This document shows, in pieces, positions 38,195 to 52,065 of a stretch of DNA of 64,000 nt. Numbering within the stretch: position 1 is the first letter of the stretch; every line of letters starts with the position of its first letter. A model generated the notes under the pieces. The model was not told where the DNA came from. It saw only the letters and a program-made list of their open reading frames with translations, and did no database searches. This stretch comes from Nemertoderma westbladi (taxonomy: Eukaryota; Animalia; Xenacoelomorpha): positions 62,001 to 126,000 of the forward strand of contig JAUCBJ010007955.1 in the NCBI GenBank assembly GCA_032718475.1, read 5' to 3'. The position numbers and the translations under genes are program-made.

Positions 38195-38541
38195 GGGGCC
38201 GTCCAAGTATGACGTCTGCACTTTTCCCCAAAATGTTGACCCCCTCCCTCCCCTAAATCAGATGTCATCAGATAGGCGTTGACCCCCCCCCCCCCCCCCC
38301 TAAATCAGATTAAAAAAAATTTCGCGTCCTAATCACTGAAACATGGTAACTAGACTGGTAACTGAAACAGAAGGTCGTGCTACGGGCCTTCGGGGGCTTC
38401 GAACAATTAAAATAGGCAAGCTATTTACTCTTCTGCTACTGCTATATCTCTTCTAGCACCTATAAAATGAACCTGCTGACGTCAGATTTTCCCAACCCCC
38501 CTCCCCCCACTAAAGTGCTGACGTCATACTTGCACGGCCCC
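38195..38541. mobile_element. Harbinger-like MITE
   Basis: TIR GGGGCCGT.CAAGTATGACGTC; AAA flanks. Confidence 0.7.
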
Positions 38542-39392
38542 AAAGTTATTTTAATCGACGCAGCCCAACCCCAGGATGTGGAAAAAAGGTTTCTAAAAAA
38601 ATTAATAAAGTATCTTTTATTATTTCAAAAAATATCCCTAAAAGGCGACAATTACCATCCACTCAACGATAGAAACACCAGGGTATATTAAGCTACTACT
38701 ATTGATTGAATGGATAGGCCCAAACTGCAGAAAAGTATATTACTGGCCAAGTGTATCTCACTCTATCCCGTTAGTTTTGTAATGTATTACCCCACCAGGT
38801 GAATAGCCCTTCACAGTGAATCCTATGGGAATATCTTAAGGTTACTTACAGCTGGGAGGCCAGCTGATTGAATTCTATGCACTGGGTCGTTCAAATGTTT
38901 TTTAGGTTAATAATAATGAATGGGGAGTGATCCAACTACCTACGTTTGTCTATGGACGGTCTTCTTATATAGCCAACTTGCTGGCATTTTATAAACGCAA
39001 TAATTTTTATTGTCCGTTTAAATCCTTTTTTTTGTCCTTTTTTTTATTTTTTATGTCCTCCAAAAGTCTAATGTTAGGTTCCATGCTACCGGTTTCTCTA
39101 CTGCTGTTCTCTCAGGCTATCAGTACCGGTATTAGTATATATAGCACTATTTTGCTGTATTGTATGTACAGATGTAGGTATAAAGCAGGTATTTCTGTAT
39201 TTTAGTACCGGTACCGGCACCGGTACTGCTATGGGCCTACTGTGTAGCCTACCATTTAAATACGGTAATGGTAGGCCTACCGGTTGTGCAATAAATTTTA
39301 AATAATTGATAGGCCAAACTGGATTGCAGGATTGTGGAAAATGTAGATATACCTTTCACATAATTTAGGCCTATTACTGTATTAGTTTTATC

Positions 39393-40050
39393 GTCTCTGT
39401 AACCTGCTCCTTTCCCTCAATTAGTTAAATGATCGTTTATTGTTTTGGTTAGAAAATCCCGCCTCTGTAACCTGCCCCTTTCCCTCAATTAGTTAAATGA
39501 ACGTTTATTGTTTTGGTTAGAAAATCCCGCCTCTGTAACCTGCTCCTTTCCCTGAATTGCTAAAGTGACCGTTTATTGTTTTGGTTAGAAAGGCCCGCCT
39601 CTGTAACCTGCCCCTTTCCCTCAATTAGTTAAATGATCGTTTATTGTTTTGGTTAGAAAATCCTGCCTCTGTAACCTGCTCCTTTCCTCAATTAGTTAAG
39701 TGATCGTTTATTGTTTTGGTTAGAAAATTCCGCCTCTGTAACCTGTCCCTTTCTCTCAATTAGTTAAATGATCGTTTATTGTTTTGGTTAGAAAATCCCG
39801 CCTCTGTAACCTGCTCCTTTCCCTCAATAAGTTAAGTGATCGTTTATTGTTTTGGTTAGAAAATCCCGCCTCTGTAACCTGCTCCTTTCCCTCAATTAGT
39901 TAAGTGATCGTTTATTGTTTTGGTTAGAAAATCCCGTCTCTGTAACCTGCTCCTTTCCCTGATTTGGTAAAGTGACTGTTTATTGTTTTGGTTAGAAAAC
40001 TCGGCCTTAACCTGCTCCTTTCCATCAATTGGTAATTGTTTTTGGCTATA
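39393..40050 (-). repeat. 68-bp tandem satellite, ~9.5 units
   Basis: GCCTCTGTAACC recurs at 39461, 39529, 39597 and onward. Confidence 0.95.
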
Positions 40051-41829
40051 AAATGAGTGTTTTGCTACGTCATGTGGTAATCGATTATCGACAACAACCA
40101 CAAACTATTAAATATAGAGTCTTTTTACCACAGGCGCATATGGAAATCTATCTCATAGTCTATAAATCATGGAATCATGGAATGTTTTGGCACAGGCATA
40201 GTGAAATCAACTGTCTGACAGTCCAGAAATCAGCAGTCTGACAGTTTGAAGAAATACATACATAAAAAGTCATTAAAAGGACAATAAAAGTCATTAAAAG
40301 GACAACAAAAGTCATTATGCATATTTCGTAAAAAAAAGGACAAAAAAAGTCAAATAAAAGGACATAAAAAATCACTGCCTTTTATAAACTGTGTTCGTCT
40401 CACAGAAACAAAGACACTAATCGAATTGCAATAAATTGAGAAAAAGTACTAAAAGTAACGAAAATATTCCCATATCGCGAGAACCAGTAGTTTAGGGGGA
40501 GATAAAGGAGCAAACAAACATACATAAATACATACACAATTTGAGCTTTAGATATAGAGGTGATGATATGATATGGCGATGGGAATTAATTTTGAAATGA
40601 CATATTTGACCAACATGACCAACCTTAGTAAGTTTGTCATGATTAAGAACAACATGAAAACGTCGCTACTTTTGAAATGTTCTAGAACTTGTTAGCTATT
40701 AATTAAGGTTCTGGAACACAGTTTCTTTGTTCTAGAACATTTCTTCGAAAAAAAGTGTAAAATATAAAATGTATATACTTTACCGCCATTTACATTTCTC
40801 TATATTTTTTATAAAAATACTAGCTAGTAAATAATTACTAGCTACCCTTGTTATACTGTATAATACAAATTACTGGCTACAATTACTCATAAATTATTCC
40901 AGACAAATTTAATTGAGGATTACATTATAATGTTTATTTTTTTACGAGGTAATAAAAAGTACTACCGGTAGCTAACACAAAATCAAAATTATTTGCTACC
41001 ATTTTACTGTCAGAAGTGATGCGATTATCTGCCCTACTCAGTTCGAGGCAGCTCCCATGTCCCACCCCGACCCACCCAGCCTGTAATAAAGACATTAACT
41101 GTGGGGCGAGACACGTATGGCGAACCATCAGCGAACTGATATAATTATACTATGGCCGTTTTTCAAAAGTCTGTGTGTGTGTCGGAAGCCATAAATGTCG
41201 GAAGCCATAATCGAAGTTAATATCTTCAGCTAAATTATATGGTTGAGTCATTTTGAACGGTCTCTCCATGGAAATTAATTATTTAGCACCATACGATTAA
41301 AGTTATTTTGCACAGAAATTAGATATCTGGAATCCATGTACCCCCCATTCTATTATAGTTTTCTATTTTTTCAAGTGATTTGCGTTAATAAATGTATTTT
41401 TAATTGATTTCAACATAATTAACATTGTAAATTCATACGCTGATTCCATTCTCCCCCATAGAGCCTAAGGCATGGCAAGGGCAGCCGTGCCCAAAAATTT
41501 CTTGAAGTTTTACATTACTAACATTGCAAGCTAAAGCCTTTGACAAAGCCAGTGCCAGTGTGGACATAGTAGTCCAGTAGAAGGAATAGTGCTCCTTCAA
41601 TACATCTCAACAGACATCAATTCATTTGCCTGTGCCTACCAACGCGTGCTCTATAACATAACATATATTCTTGATTTCCATCACCTCTCACCACAATTAT
41701 TATTACTGTAGTAATTAAAAGTTTCAATTCGGTTTGTCTTTCCGTTATCTGGTTATTCAGTTATTGCATTATTAATAAATAAATGTTTTAAAATATATCT
41801 TACGAAATATGGTTAATAATTAAAACTTG

Positions 41830-42365
41830 TCGCTAACATTCTCGCTATGGGGGTTTTAAGGAGTGCTGATTACATTTCTGATGTCAGTTTTCACGTTTAC
41901 ATAAATCTAGTCTGTCTGTCGGTCATTCTGTCAGTAAGTCTGTCAAAACATAAAAAAGAATTCAAATTAACTAACATTCTCGCTATGGGGGTTTTAAGGG
42001 GTGCTGATTTCATTTCTGATGTCAGTTTTCAGGTTTACATAAATCTAGTCTGTTTGTTTGTCGGTCTTTCTGTCAGTCAGTCAGTCTGTTAAAACTTAAA
42101 AAAGAATACAAACTAACTAACATTCTCGTTAGGGGGGTTTTAATGGGTGCTGGTTTTATTTCAGATGGCAGTTTTCACGTTTAAAAAAATCTAGTCTGTC
42201 TGGCTGTCGGTCTTTCTGTCAGTCAGTCTGTGAAAACTTAAGAAAGTATACTAACTAACCAACATTCTCGCTATGGGGGTTTTAAGGGTTGCTGATTTCA
42301 TTTCTGATGTCAGTTTAAACGTTTACATAAATCTAGTCTGTCTGTCTGTCAGTCTCTCTGTCATT
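41830..42365. repeat. ~140-bp tandem repeat x4, possibly inside a second TTAA element (~41455-42624)
   Basis: AACATTCTCGCTATGGGGGTTTTAAGG units; TAGAGCCTA / TAGGCTCTAAGGGG|TTAA ends. Confidence 0.75.
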
Positions 42366-45300
42366 CTGAACTACTGTACTGTGGTTGGCATTACTGCATT
42401 ACGCCATATACCTAACACTAATAATACAGTCTACAATACAGCCTATCTACAGTACAGAATGGATTTTTTGCCATGAAGAGCAATAAATGTCATTAATACT
42501 ATCCACCAGTATACCTACTCCAAGAGCCTTCCAATAAAACATGTATTCCAGCATGACGTCAACTGCACGTCTTCGTGCTGTCCATGGTGACGTGCAGTGG
42601 ACGTCATAGGCTCTAAGGGGTTAAGCAACACGGTCCCTACTTCGCCCTGTCGACACCCCAGCCATTTTTCACCAATCCTTTTTTAGAGTTTTTTAATTTT
42701 TTTGGTATTGGTGAAAGTTCTACAACATTAGTAGATATGTTTTTTATGATAGCTAGTGTTTTTTTTGCTAGCTAGTATTTTTTGAAATTATAAAAAAATG
42801 TGAAAGTCCATGATATTTCAGGTTAAACTGTTGAAGAATATATTAATGACCAAAATAATTTCCAAAAATTACTAGCTAGTAAAAAATACTAGCTATATAC
42901 CATAAAAAATCTACTAAGGTTCTAGAACATTCACTAATATAAAAAAGCACTCAAAATCACAAAAAAATAAAGGTTAAAAAACTTATTCGGGACCCTTTTG
43001 CTTAAAAGGAGTCAAAATTGTAGAACAAATTCCCGAAGTTTGCGACGTTTGCGAAATTCGCAAAGAATCCGTCAGTTTCTGTGCCCTAATGGTTTCGTGA
43101 CGAAACAATCAAATCTTACACACTTAACACACACGAACTAATTTAATGTGTGTATTAGTATGCCTGAATAATTAAATAGAAATTAAATTAATGAACGCTA
43201 TTTCAACATGAAATCTACGGAATCAATACACAACACACGCACACTACTGAATTTAAAAATTTATATAGATTGCAACTTATATTTGGCTACCTTTTAATGG
43301 GTGACTAATTTAATTATTCACCCCTATATATTTGTAGCCTTTTTAATTTGTGCCTCTAATTGAATCAAACATTAAACTAAAATATATGTCACAATATTGG
43401 TCTGTCGGTAGCTGGTCAATCAATATGTAATATGTCAATATGTAACTGACAATATTAAACTATATATTTAAGATGTTAGTCCGGTAGATACGACATACTG
43501 ATGTTTTGTATATTTAGTATAATTTTAAAAATTGATTAAATAACATACCCTCTCATGAAACATTTATCTCAAATTCCTGGTTATACCCCCCCCCCTTAGT
43601 CAAATTTTCAAATTGTTGTTTCTTTATTTAATCTAGAGCAGAATTTAATGAGGATTACCATCGGAAAACCGCTTAGTGAGACGTCTTTCAGTTCTTGAGT
43701 TATCACTGTTTTTCTGTATGACGGTCTGTCTGTCAAATTGTAAGAAAGACAGAAAACCAAATTAACCAACCACAATACAGACAGCCGATTTTGGCGCGAA
43801 GGTTTAAACTTTGAAGGACATTTTCTCGGAATGATATTTTTCAATTTCAAATTACTACTCCTCCGTCATTTTTCAGCCAATTTTATTCGTTTTTGGCTCA
43901 TTTGAAAGAGCTTTGGAAGCTCTTTAAAAGTTATTTTATGGAATTTGGATAAATATTACCATTTGTTGTAATTAGCCAATTTTAATTAAAAATATGATAT
44001 TTAATTAATTAAAATAAAAATGGCTAATTTTTAACTTTTGTGGAATCGATCACGCTGAGTGCAAAAAAGTTGGTTTCAAGAAATTTGGACCAAGGTTGAG
44101 GGACTAGTAGCAATTTGTGAAATCTATAATTTCGCCGCCAGCCGCTAGGGGGAGGCAATAAATTTTCAAATTATCCTAAAGAGACTATTCGGCCTTCCAT
44201 ACAGTGGTTGGCCATGACAAAATAGCAATATTATCATTAAACACTAATTGTCAGTCATTTAAATAAAAGGTTCATGGGGGGGGGGGGGGCACCATTTTCT
44301 GACAACTCTTCGATTTATCACTCTCAGCGTTTCAAAATTGTTTTGTGTTTGGCTATGTGTTTTGGCTATAATTAGGAATATAGGAATATATAAGTGTACC
44401 TAAGATGCTATTCTACATGACAGGTCAGAAAAATTTTTCGCTATTTAATATTAGTTAATACTAGTTAACAATAAAAAAAACTTGGTTGCGCTTAAAACCC
44501 TAAGGCTTTTACAGGGCAACATAACTATCAGGCGAAATTTTGTGAAAATAATTCTGCACCGCTAGGTGGCGCTGCAAATTTATGTTAATTGTTAAGTTTG
44601 TTATAAATTAATAAATTTTATTAACAAAAATTTCAAAAGTTGTCTGATACTTTTATGCAGGGTGGCTATGTAGACACCCACAGAAAGTTTCAGACTAATT
44701 GCTAAAAAATTGTAGAATTAGTAGAGTTTTGATGTTGATAATCTCATAAAAAAAAATATTTGGAGATAATTGACCTTTCATTTTACATAGTAATAGTAAT
44801 TTCAATAGGAATCCCTAAATGGAGATTCTTATAACTTATAAACTAAAAGAGCTATTAAAGAGCGGTTTTTAGATTTGGAAACACCAGTTAATCGTGCATT
44901 ATAATAGATTATAAAAATAATTTCGACATATTTTGGACCATTTTGGACCCCCTTAATATATTTAAAAAACTATACCACAATTGTAATGAGTGTATTAAAT
45001 TCAACCTCCAGTCAAATACTATACGTTACATAACCGTCTCCACAAACATGTGAGGTGTGAGTGAAATCAAATTTGTCACAAAAATGCGCCATAAGATGGG
45101 GATTTAGGTGATGTAAGTTTTATTGTACCTAGATTCTAGACCTGGACCATTTACTCATTTTTCAACACGAAACTTTTTACTAACATATGGAAGGAAGCAA
45201 TCGGATGAATTGTCTTAACAGTTCCTGGGGACTATTTCTTTTAATTGCGCCAGAAGTGGAGCAATAGCGTAAGGAACAATGTGGTGAGTGAAGCTGGTTA

Positions 45301-45746
45301 ACTATATTGATCAATATACGAATGAGTATAGATATATATATAAAGCAATGACAGTCAGAAGAAGTAACAACAACAGATCGGTCATCGGTACGCAACACGC
45401 TGTGCTGTACCGGTACTACACAGACAGACCTATACTTCTATCTGGTAGTTGGCAGTGCCGTCAGTACCAGGGATGGCAGATAGACGGGCAGGGCCTAAAC
45501 CGGCTGGCGCAATTTCTTTCGTCTTTTTACCTCTGGGTATTTCTCCTGTTCGGTACACAACACAAAATATCGGTTCGTAACGAATATTACGTAATTAGGA
45601 AAGGACTCGTACTTAACAAACGAAAACAAATTCAAAAATACAAACAAAGCAATTAAACTAGCGTAAATAATATGTAAGCGCATAACTAAGATAGATAGGG
45701 TGTTATGAGATTGCTAACACAAAAACTTTAGAACAAAAAAAACAGT

Positions 45747-45819
45747 TGGCTTTCCTAAGGATCGAACTCGAGACCAACAGGTTACGGTTCGGGCGCTCTG
45801 CCACCTGAGCTACAGGGGT
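45747..45819 (-). ncRNA. tRNA-like Pol III cassette inside the Gypsy 3' UTR
   Basis: TAGCTCAGGTGG A box, GCTC/GAGC D stem, GTTCGATCC B box, ends in CCA, T8 run just downstream; acceptor and anticodon stems pair poorly. Confidence 0.55.
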
Positions 45820-46120
45820 TATTAAGGTCAACTGAATCAGTAGTAAATTTTACACGGTAAAACATTACTCAAAAATGATTGCGCTAAAAATATAAATTTG
45901 AATTTATGACAACACCTAAAGCATGACCAAAACTATGGTGGGGTACAACGAAACAACCTAATGGTAGGGCGAAAGCTAGTTTAGAATTGGGAGTCAATCA
46001 TAAGTCGGGTAGGACGTATGTAGGTAGAACGAATTCAGAACTGTGAATGGAACTGGAGACAGGCTGCGTTGGGGCGAGTCATGTGACAAGGTGGAACTGT
46101 CCAGGAACGTGGGAGGAGCG

Positions 46121-49100
46121 TCAGGGAAACCCGTAGTATTGCGGATGGCGGCGTTCTCTACGAGGACGGGTGTTGGGTGGGTCAGATGGAGCAGTAATGT
46201 GCAATGGCTGCTCAGGGACGTCGTCTAACTGTGGGGTGGACTCTATGGCGGGTTGGAACGCGACAGGGGGTGCCACGCCGGGTGTAGCATGAGCGTGGAG
46301 TGTGAAACACTCATCAGCCTCGGAATCTGAATCCTCAGTGTATGACGTGGTTGGCGGTTTGAGACAAGGTACAAGGAAACAATAGGCCTGGCGGACGCGG
46401 TATGCGTGAGCGCGGAGCTGGCTGCCCGCGAATTTACGAATAGAACACCACGTGTCATCGATAGCGCTGACGATATATCGTGGACGAGCGCCGGCACGGG
46501 GGGAATCGGCATATATATGGACGAGGTCGCCCACCTTGAGGGAGGTAAATCCTGGGAGTACCGTAGGGTGGGGGGTCTTAGAGCGGACGCTGGAGGTGTG
46601 GTTGGCTAGGCGTCGCTCATGTTGGGAGGCTATGAGCTCAGTATCGACGAGAGGAACCTGTTCGCCCGTGGATGAGAATGGACCGCCAGTGACACGGAGT
46701 CGGAGGAGCTCGGTGAGTAGCTCGCCGATAGCGTGTTCGGCGACTGGGTTTTTATTTACATTCTTGCGGGATCCGATCTCAAGGAGGAGGTGGTGGGATA
46801 GGAGGATTGGGTCGTTGGCGAGGGCTTGGAACCCTGGGGCTGAGTCGGTGCGGATGATAGCCGGGGGGCCACTAAGGGGGCACATGCCAAAGGCAAGGGT
46901 GATTAAGGCATCACGTAGGGTATCGCTCTGTTCATCCGGAAGTATAACGGCATTTGAGTACGACGATACCATTTCCCGTAACAGGAGGATACGTTGGGAA
47001 TGGCGGCGCAGGACGTCGGCAGCGAATGATAGGCCGACGATGGGGGGTGGGTCAATGGATGACTGGGGCACGGTACGCTTGGGGGCAGTTGAGAGGGCGA
47101 CGCACTGGTGACATTGCACGGTAATCTCATTGAGAGCGCGGTCGAGGTCCAGGGCGTAGAAATATCGGGAAAAGGTGGTACGCAGCTGGGAACGCAAAGG
47201 GTGTTGGAGTTCGATGTGTAGTGAGGTTAGTAAGCCAATAAGAGCAGAGCGGGGAACGACGATGACGTCATAGGGTGACGTGAAGGGGCGCTGTCGGTGG
47301 ACTACGACAAGGCCAGAGGATAACAGAGAACATACACCCAGGTAACGCTTGATATCATGGCTATGTGTATCGCGTCTGGAGGGACGGGTGCCGGATGCGA
47401 GGTTTTCAGCGACACGGATTAGGTCGGGGCACTCGCGTTGTGTGGCGAGCCACGCAGGACGACTGGCATAAAGGAGACGGGGATTCGGGCTATCGGAAGC
47501 GATAAAGCAATTCGGGAGGGGGGTAGTGACAGTGTTAACGAGGGACATTGGGGGATGGTTGTCGTGTGGCAAGGAGGAGGGGGTGTTTGATACTGACCTG
47601 CAGGATTGTAGGGCGGCTTGGGATCGTCGAAATGTAGACTCGACATCGGGAGTCCAAGCTACAGGGTCACCGGCCTTGAGGGTAAGGAGGGCTTCGAGCG
47701 GAGAGATAAGGGCAGAACACCGGGGGAGTACGCGGGAGAGAACCTTGTAGGAACCGAGGAACGACCGTAGGTCGCGGATGGTGGATGGTGTAGGACAGTG
47801 GGATAAGGCGGCTGTGATATGTGGGGAAGCAGATAAGGAACCGCTAGACCATACCCAACCAACGATGGTGGTAGTTTGGGGGCAAATGATGGTTTTCTTT
47901 GGGGACAAACGCAACCCGGCAAGGTGTAGGGCGCGGAGGAGGGCGGCGAAATTGAGAAGGAGTTCGGGGATGGTATCGCCACCGCAGTAGATATCATCGG
48001 CGAGTTTGACGACGGATCCCTGGACGAGGAGATCGCCGAGGACGCGAGACATTAACTCCTCGAGAGCCGTTTCGCTGCCGGGCATGCCCATGGCACAGCG
48101 GCGGTAGACACGGACACCACGAAATGGTGTGGATATGCCGCAGAAACGCATGGAGTTGCGATGGAGTGGGATTTGGTAAAAGGCGCTTGTGAGGTCTGCC
48201 TTAACGAGGAACTTGAACCGACCCAGGGCTCGAATGGTGGATTCGACATCTGCGAGGAGTGCGGGTTGGGGCTTACAATACTGGGCGATCTCTGTGAATG
48301 CCGTAACGAGCCGAGTTCCTCCATTGGATTTAGCGACAAGGAAGCTTGGGTTCAAGTACTCTATGGTGACACAGGCTAGTTCTGGGCGAATGAAGACGCC
48401 AAGACGCTCTAGAGAGTCAAACTTCTCCTGTAGTTCAACGAGTCGGTCACGGGAGTATTGTGGTATACGACCCTTACGTTGAGGTGGCAATGTAGGGGTC
48501 ACGTTGACGACAGCTTCGAATGGGCCGGCAGACCCATTGTATCCGGGGTACATGGGATCGAAGACGTCAGAAAATTCCTCGAGTAGATCGTGGAAGGCAG
48601 CACGTTCACAGTAAGAGAGGATGCCCTGTGGGTCGATCTGGACTGCCTTTATAGGTGGAGGGTCATGGGAGACAACGGAAGCAGAGCGGATTTCGGGACA
48701 GGGTAAGGACTGTTCAAGTTGTTTCATGGGGGTAGCTGCAGTGGGTAGGGCGGAGCAGACATGGGAGTTCCGTTGAATGAAGATGGGGTAGGGGGCAGAG
48801 TTCGGAATGGTAATGGAACCGGCTGCGGGTTGGAGCTGCATGGGGGGGAACCAAGGCTTGGGGGGAGTTACGTGCGACCGTTGGTTAATCACATGGGGTG
48901 TCACAAGGAGAGAGTCGGAATCCGAGAGACGGGCTGGAAGCTGTAATGTGAGGACGTTGCCGGGGAGAAGAATGGACGATCGTATGGGGGCGCGCAGAAT
49001 CTGGGTCGTCGTCCGACGGATAGTGGGTCGGGGATGACCTGCCGGGGGGTACCGGATGGAACTGCCATCCGCGAAGGTAATCAGCGACTGGGCTGGACGG

Positions 49101-50439
49101 ATACCAATATCATTGGTGGATAGGAACGGAACGCCAGTGAGCAGTGGAATGTTGAGGCTGTCGACAACGAGTCCACGGAAGCTAAACTGGAGGTCGTTAT
49201 GGGTGAGGGCGAAGGAACTCCCCAACTACACCTGAAACAGGGGAACCATCGGCCCCGATCGGGATCTGGCGGGAGCCACGCGAGATCGGAACGCCGAGTC
49301 GGAGTGCAGCGTCGTGTGAAATGAGGTCGGATTCGGCGCCGCAATCGAGGAGAACCTGGATGGGTTTACCTTTATAACGCGCTGTAAAGGTTGGACTCGG
49401 ACGTACAGCGTCGATATTAACCATCAGATCGGGAGGTGGACTGGCGACGGAGTCGTTATCGTTATCCGGTTGTTCATAGAAAGCGTCATTGTCGTTGTCG
49501 CCATCGACGTAGACGAGATGGGCATGTGAGATAAAGCGCTTGTCAGCAGGGGGAAGGAATGGGCATGCACTGAGAAAGTGGTTGGTGGGAGTGCGTTTAG
49601 TCTGGGAGCATAGGGGACACCGGCGAACAGAACGGGAAAGTCCGCAGCCAGTGGAACTCGGACGGAGACCTGAGGATGTAGGTGGGGTCCGACGCGTCTG
49701 GGCACGGAAGGTACGCACTTCCGCGGCAGTATGGAGCTCGTCGACAAGAGAAGACAGAGCCTGGGAGATCTCGGGTTTGATACTGGCCAGCGTACGGGAC
49801 CGGAGCTCCGTGCCATACCGTTGTTGAACCAATCGAGGGAGGTCCAGGTGGATAAGGCGGAGCCATATGAGTACAACGAAGTTCTCGAGAGAGGGGGACA
49901 GCTCCTCGTTGTCATCGGGGAGAATCCCGTGGTGGGAAATTCGCCCGTCACCGTCGGAGTAAATTATCGTCCACGAAAGCCGATAAACGCTGGAAGAGGT
50001 CTTTAGGGCACTCCTCGTGAAGGAGAGAGATATTGGAGAAGGAGAGGAAATGAGCTCCGGTCGCTTGGAAGCCGTAATAGAGGCGTATGGCCTGCCATAT
50101 AGAGGGCAAGGACGTGGAGTCTCGAATGATCAAGTTACGTGCGATAACGGGGGCATAATTGGCGATCTGACCGAGCATAAGATCTAGAGCCGTGGTCTTT
50201 TGAAGGGCAGTACGGCGGTCGGCTGGGGCCACAGTGTCCGGGTCGTCGGCAAAACCGCGGAAGGGTATAGCGTGGGTGTGGCGCAACCAGGTTGTGCCCG
50301 GGACCGTAAACTGCGCAAATTGAGGTTGGAGCGCAAGCGAATAAGTTATGTTGTGGCGCTAAACCTCAAAGGAGTTGATCGTCTCAGATTTATTGAGTGG
50401 AGCCAGCTTGGGGGGCTTCAGTGAGCCGTTAAACGCCAT
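46121..50439 (-). pseudogene. gag-pol polyprotein with stops and frameshifts
   Basis: Gag knuckle CPLC..H..C, protease LLDCGAE, RT ADLTSAFYQ / AMGMPGS / KLADDIY, integrase HHCC and D(FAADV) D(RTDSAP) E(PVAE). Confidence 0.9.
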
Positions 50440-51904
50440 GATAACTGTAAGTAGGTAGTGTAAGTCTGTAACGTAAGGCGGGCTGAGTGGATGGATCTGT
50501 TGTTGTAGTAGATGGCGAGGAGTGGGAAACGAAGCACATGGTGACACCACGCCAGAAGTGGAGCAATAGCGTAAGGAACAATGTGGTGAGTGAAGCGGGT
50601 TAACTATATTGATCAATACACGAATGAGTATAGATATATATATAAAGCAATGACAGTCAGAAGAAGTAACAACAACAGATCGGTCATCGGTACGCAACAC
50701 GCTGTGCTGTACCGGTACTACACAGACAGACCTATACTTCTATCTGGTAGTTGGCAGTGCCGTCAGTACCAGGGATGGCAGATAGACCGTTAGACGGGCA
50801 GGGCCTAAACCGGCTGGCGTTGCTAATTACACAAAATCCTCAATGATACATGCTGGACATCAGTCGGATTATTGATCACAATAAAAATTTCCTTCCAAAT
50901 TACACAAACAATTACTATGTTCTCCCATGCATGGTTCTTTGATAAAACGGATATACAATGACGACATGGACGTCATTTGCAAGAACAACACCATAGCAAT
51001 TATTGATAGTCAATCTAGCGAAAAAGAGAGGGAAACCCAAAACTACAGTATTTCGTAATTAATCCGAACCAAATTTACATTATCTTGTTAAGGGGGGATT
51101 AACCTTTTTTTTATGACTGTCAATTAGTGTTAAATGATAACATTGCTATTTTGTCATCGACAACCACTGTATGGAAGGCCAAATAGCCTCTATAAGAAGA
51201 TTTGAAAATTTATAGCCTCCCACTAGCGACTGGCGGCGGAATAAAAGATTTATTGACCTCAAAAACCCTCAAAAAATGTATTAGTTATTTTATAAACTAT
51301 TGTGGCTTTTAACCTAAAACATATAATTAAATTAGACCTAAAATCAATATAGCAAGCCCAATTTTATTATGTGAAAAATCTTTGCTAACATTAATGGAAA
51401 CTAAGAAGTTTCCTTGCAGTGGAATTGCATAACTTTTTCTTAGTTACCTTATTATATCGTTAAATATTTGATATAAATTAAAATTGGATACGACTTATAG
51501 TTACCGAGATGTAACAATTTACGTGTGACAGGCCAGTAGTAGTGTAAATTTTATTTATTCCGCATTGAATTGCAGCATATTGTGCAGTAATTAAATTATT
51601 CTGGAACATCTCTAATTTGCTACTTACAATTCCCTACTGTTCCTTTTGTTTGGCTTGTGTTATCCAAATCTATGAAGAATTTCAATGAATATATATATAT
51701 GTTCTGCAAAATTATTTTTTATAGACTTTATTTGGTCATTAACAAGGTAATACAGAATCCCAAAAATGTAGTTCGGATTGATTGCGAATTACTTTTGGGT
51801 TTTATGCTAGATTGACTCTTCTATGAAGCGTCAAAAATATTCGCCACCAACAAAGAGCAAACAAACCGTGTCAACCAATAAAAGTTCGGATATAATGATT
51901 TAAT

Positions 51905-52065
51905 GTGTTTTCATTGGCTGCGTTATTATGGGATGATGTTTATCATTGGCTTTGTTCTTCAGGGCATGGTGCTTTCTCATTGGCTGTGTTCTTATGGGAT
52001 GGTGATATATCATTGGCTGTGTTCTTCTGGGCGTGGTGCTTCCTCATTGGCTGTGTTCTTCGTGG
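51905..52065. repeat. ~34-bp tandem repeat x5
   Basis: TCATTGGCTGTGTTCTT..GGG.ATGGTG units. Confidence 0.8.

Larger units (their letters stand above)
45248..50819 (-). mobile_element. Gypsy-type LTR retrotransposon, both LTRs present, RNase H apparently deleted
   Basis: LTRs 45248-45509 and 50550-50819 (2 substitutions, one 8-bp indel); PBS TGGTGTCA; purine tract; gag-PR-RT-IN order. Confidence 0.95.

Noticed and set aside
46243-50424. Numerous plus-strand and alternate-frame ORFs in the Gypsy element
   Set aside because: Shadow ORFs of GC-rich gag-pol
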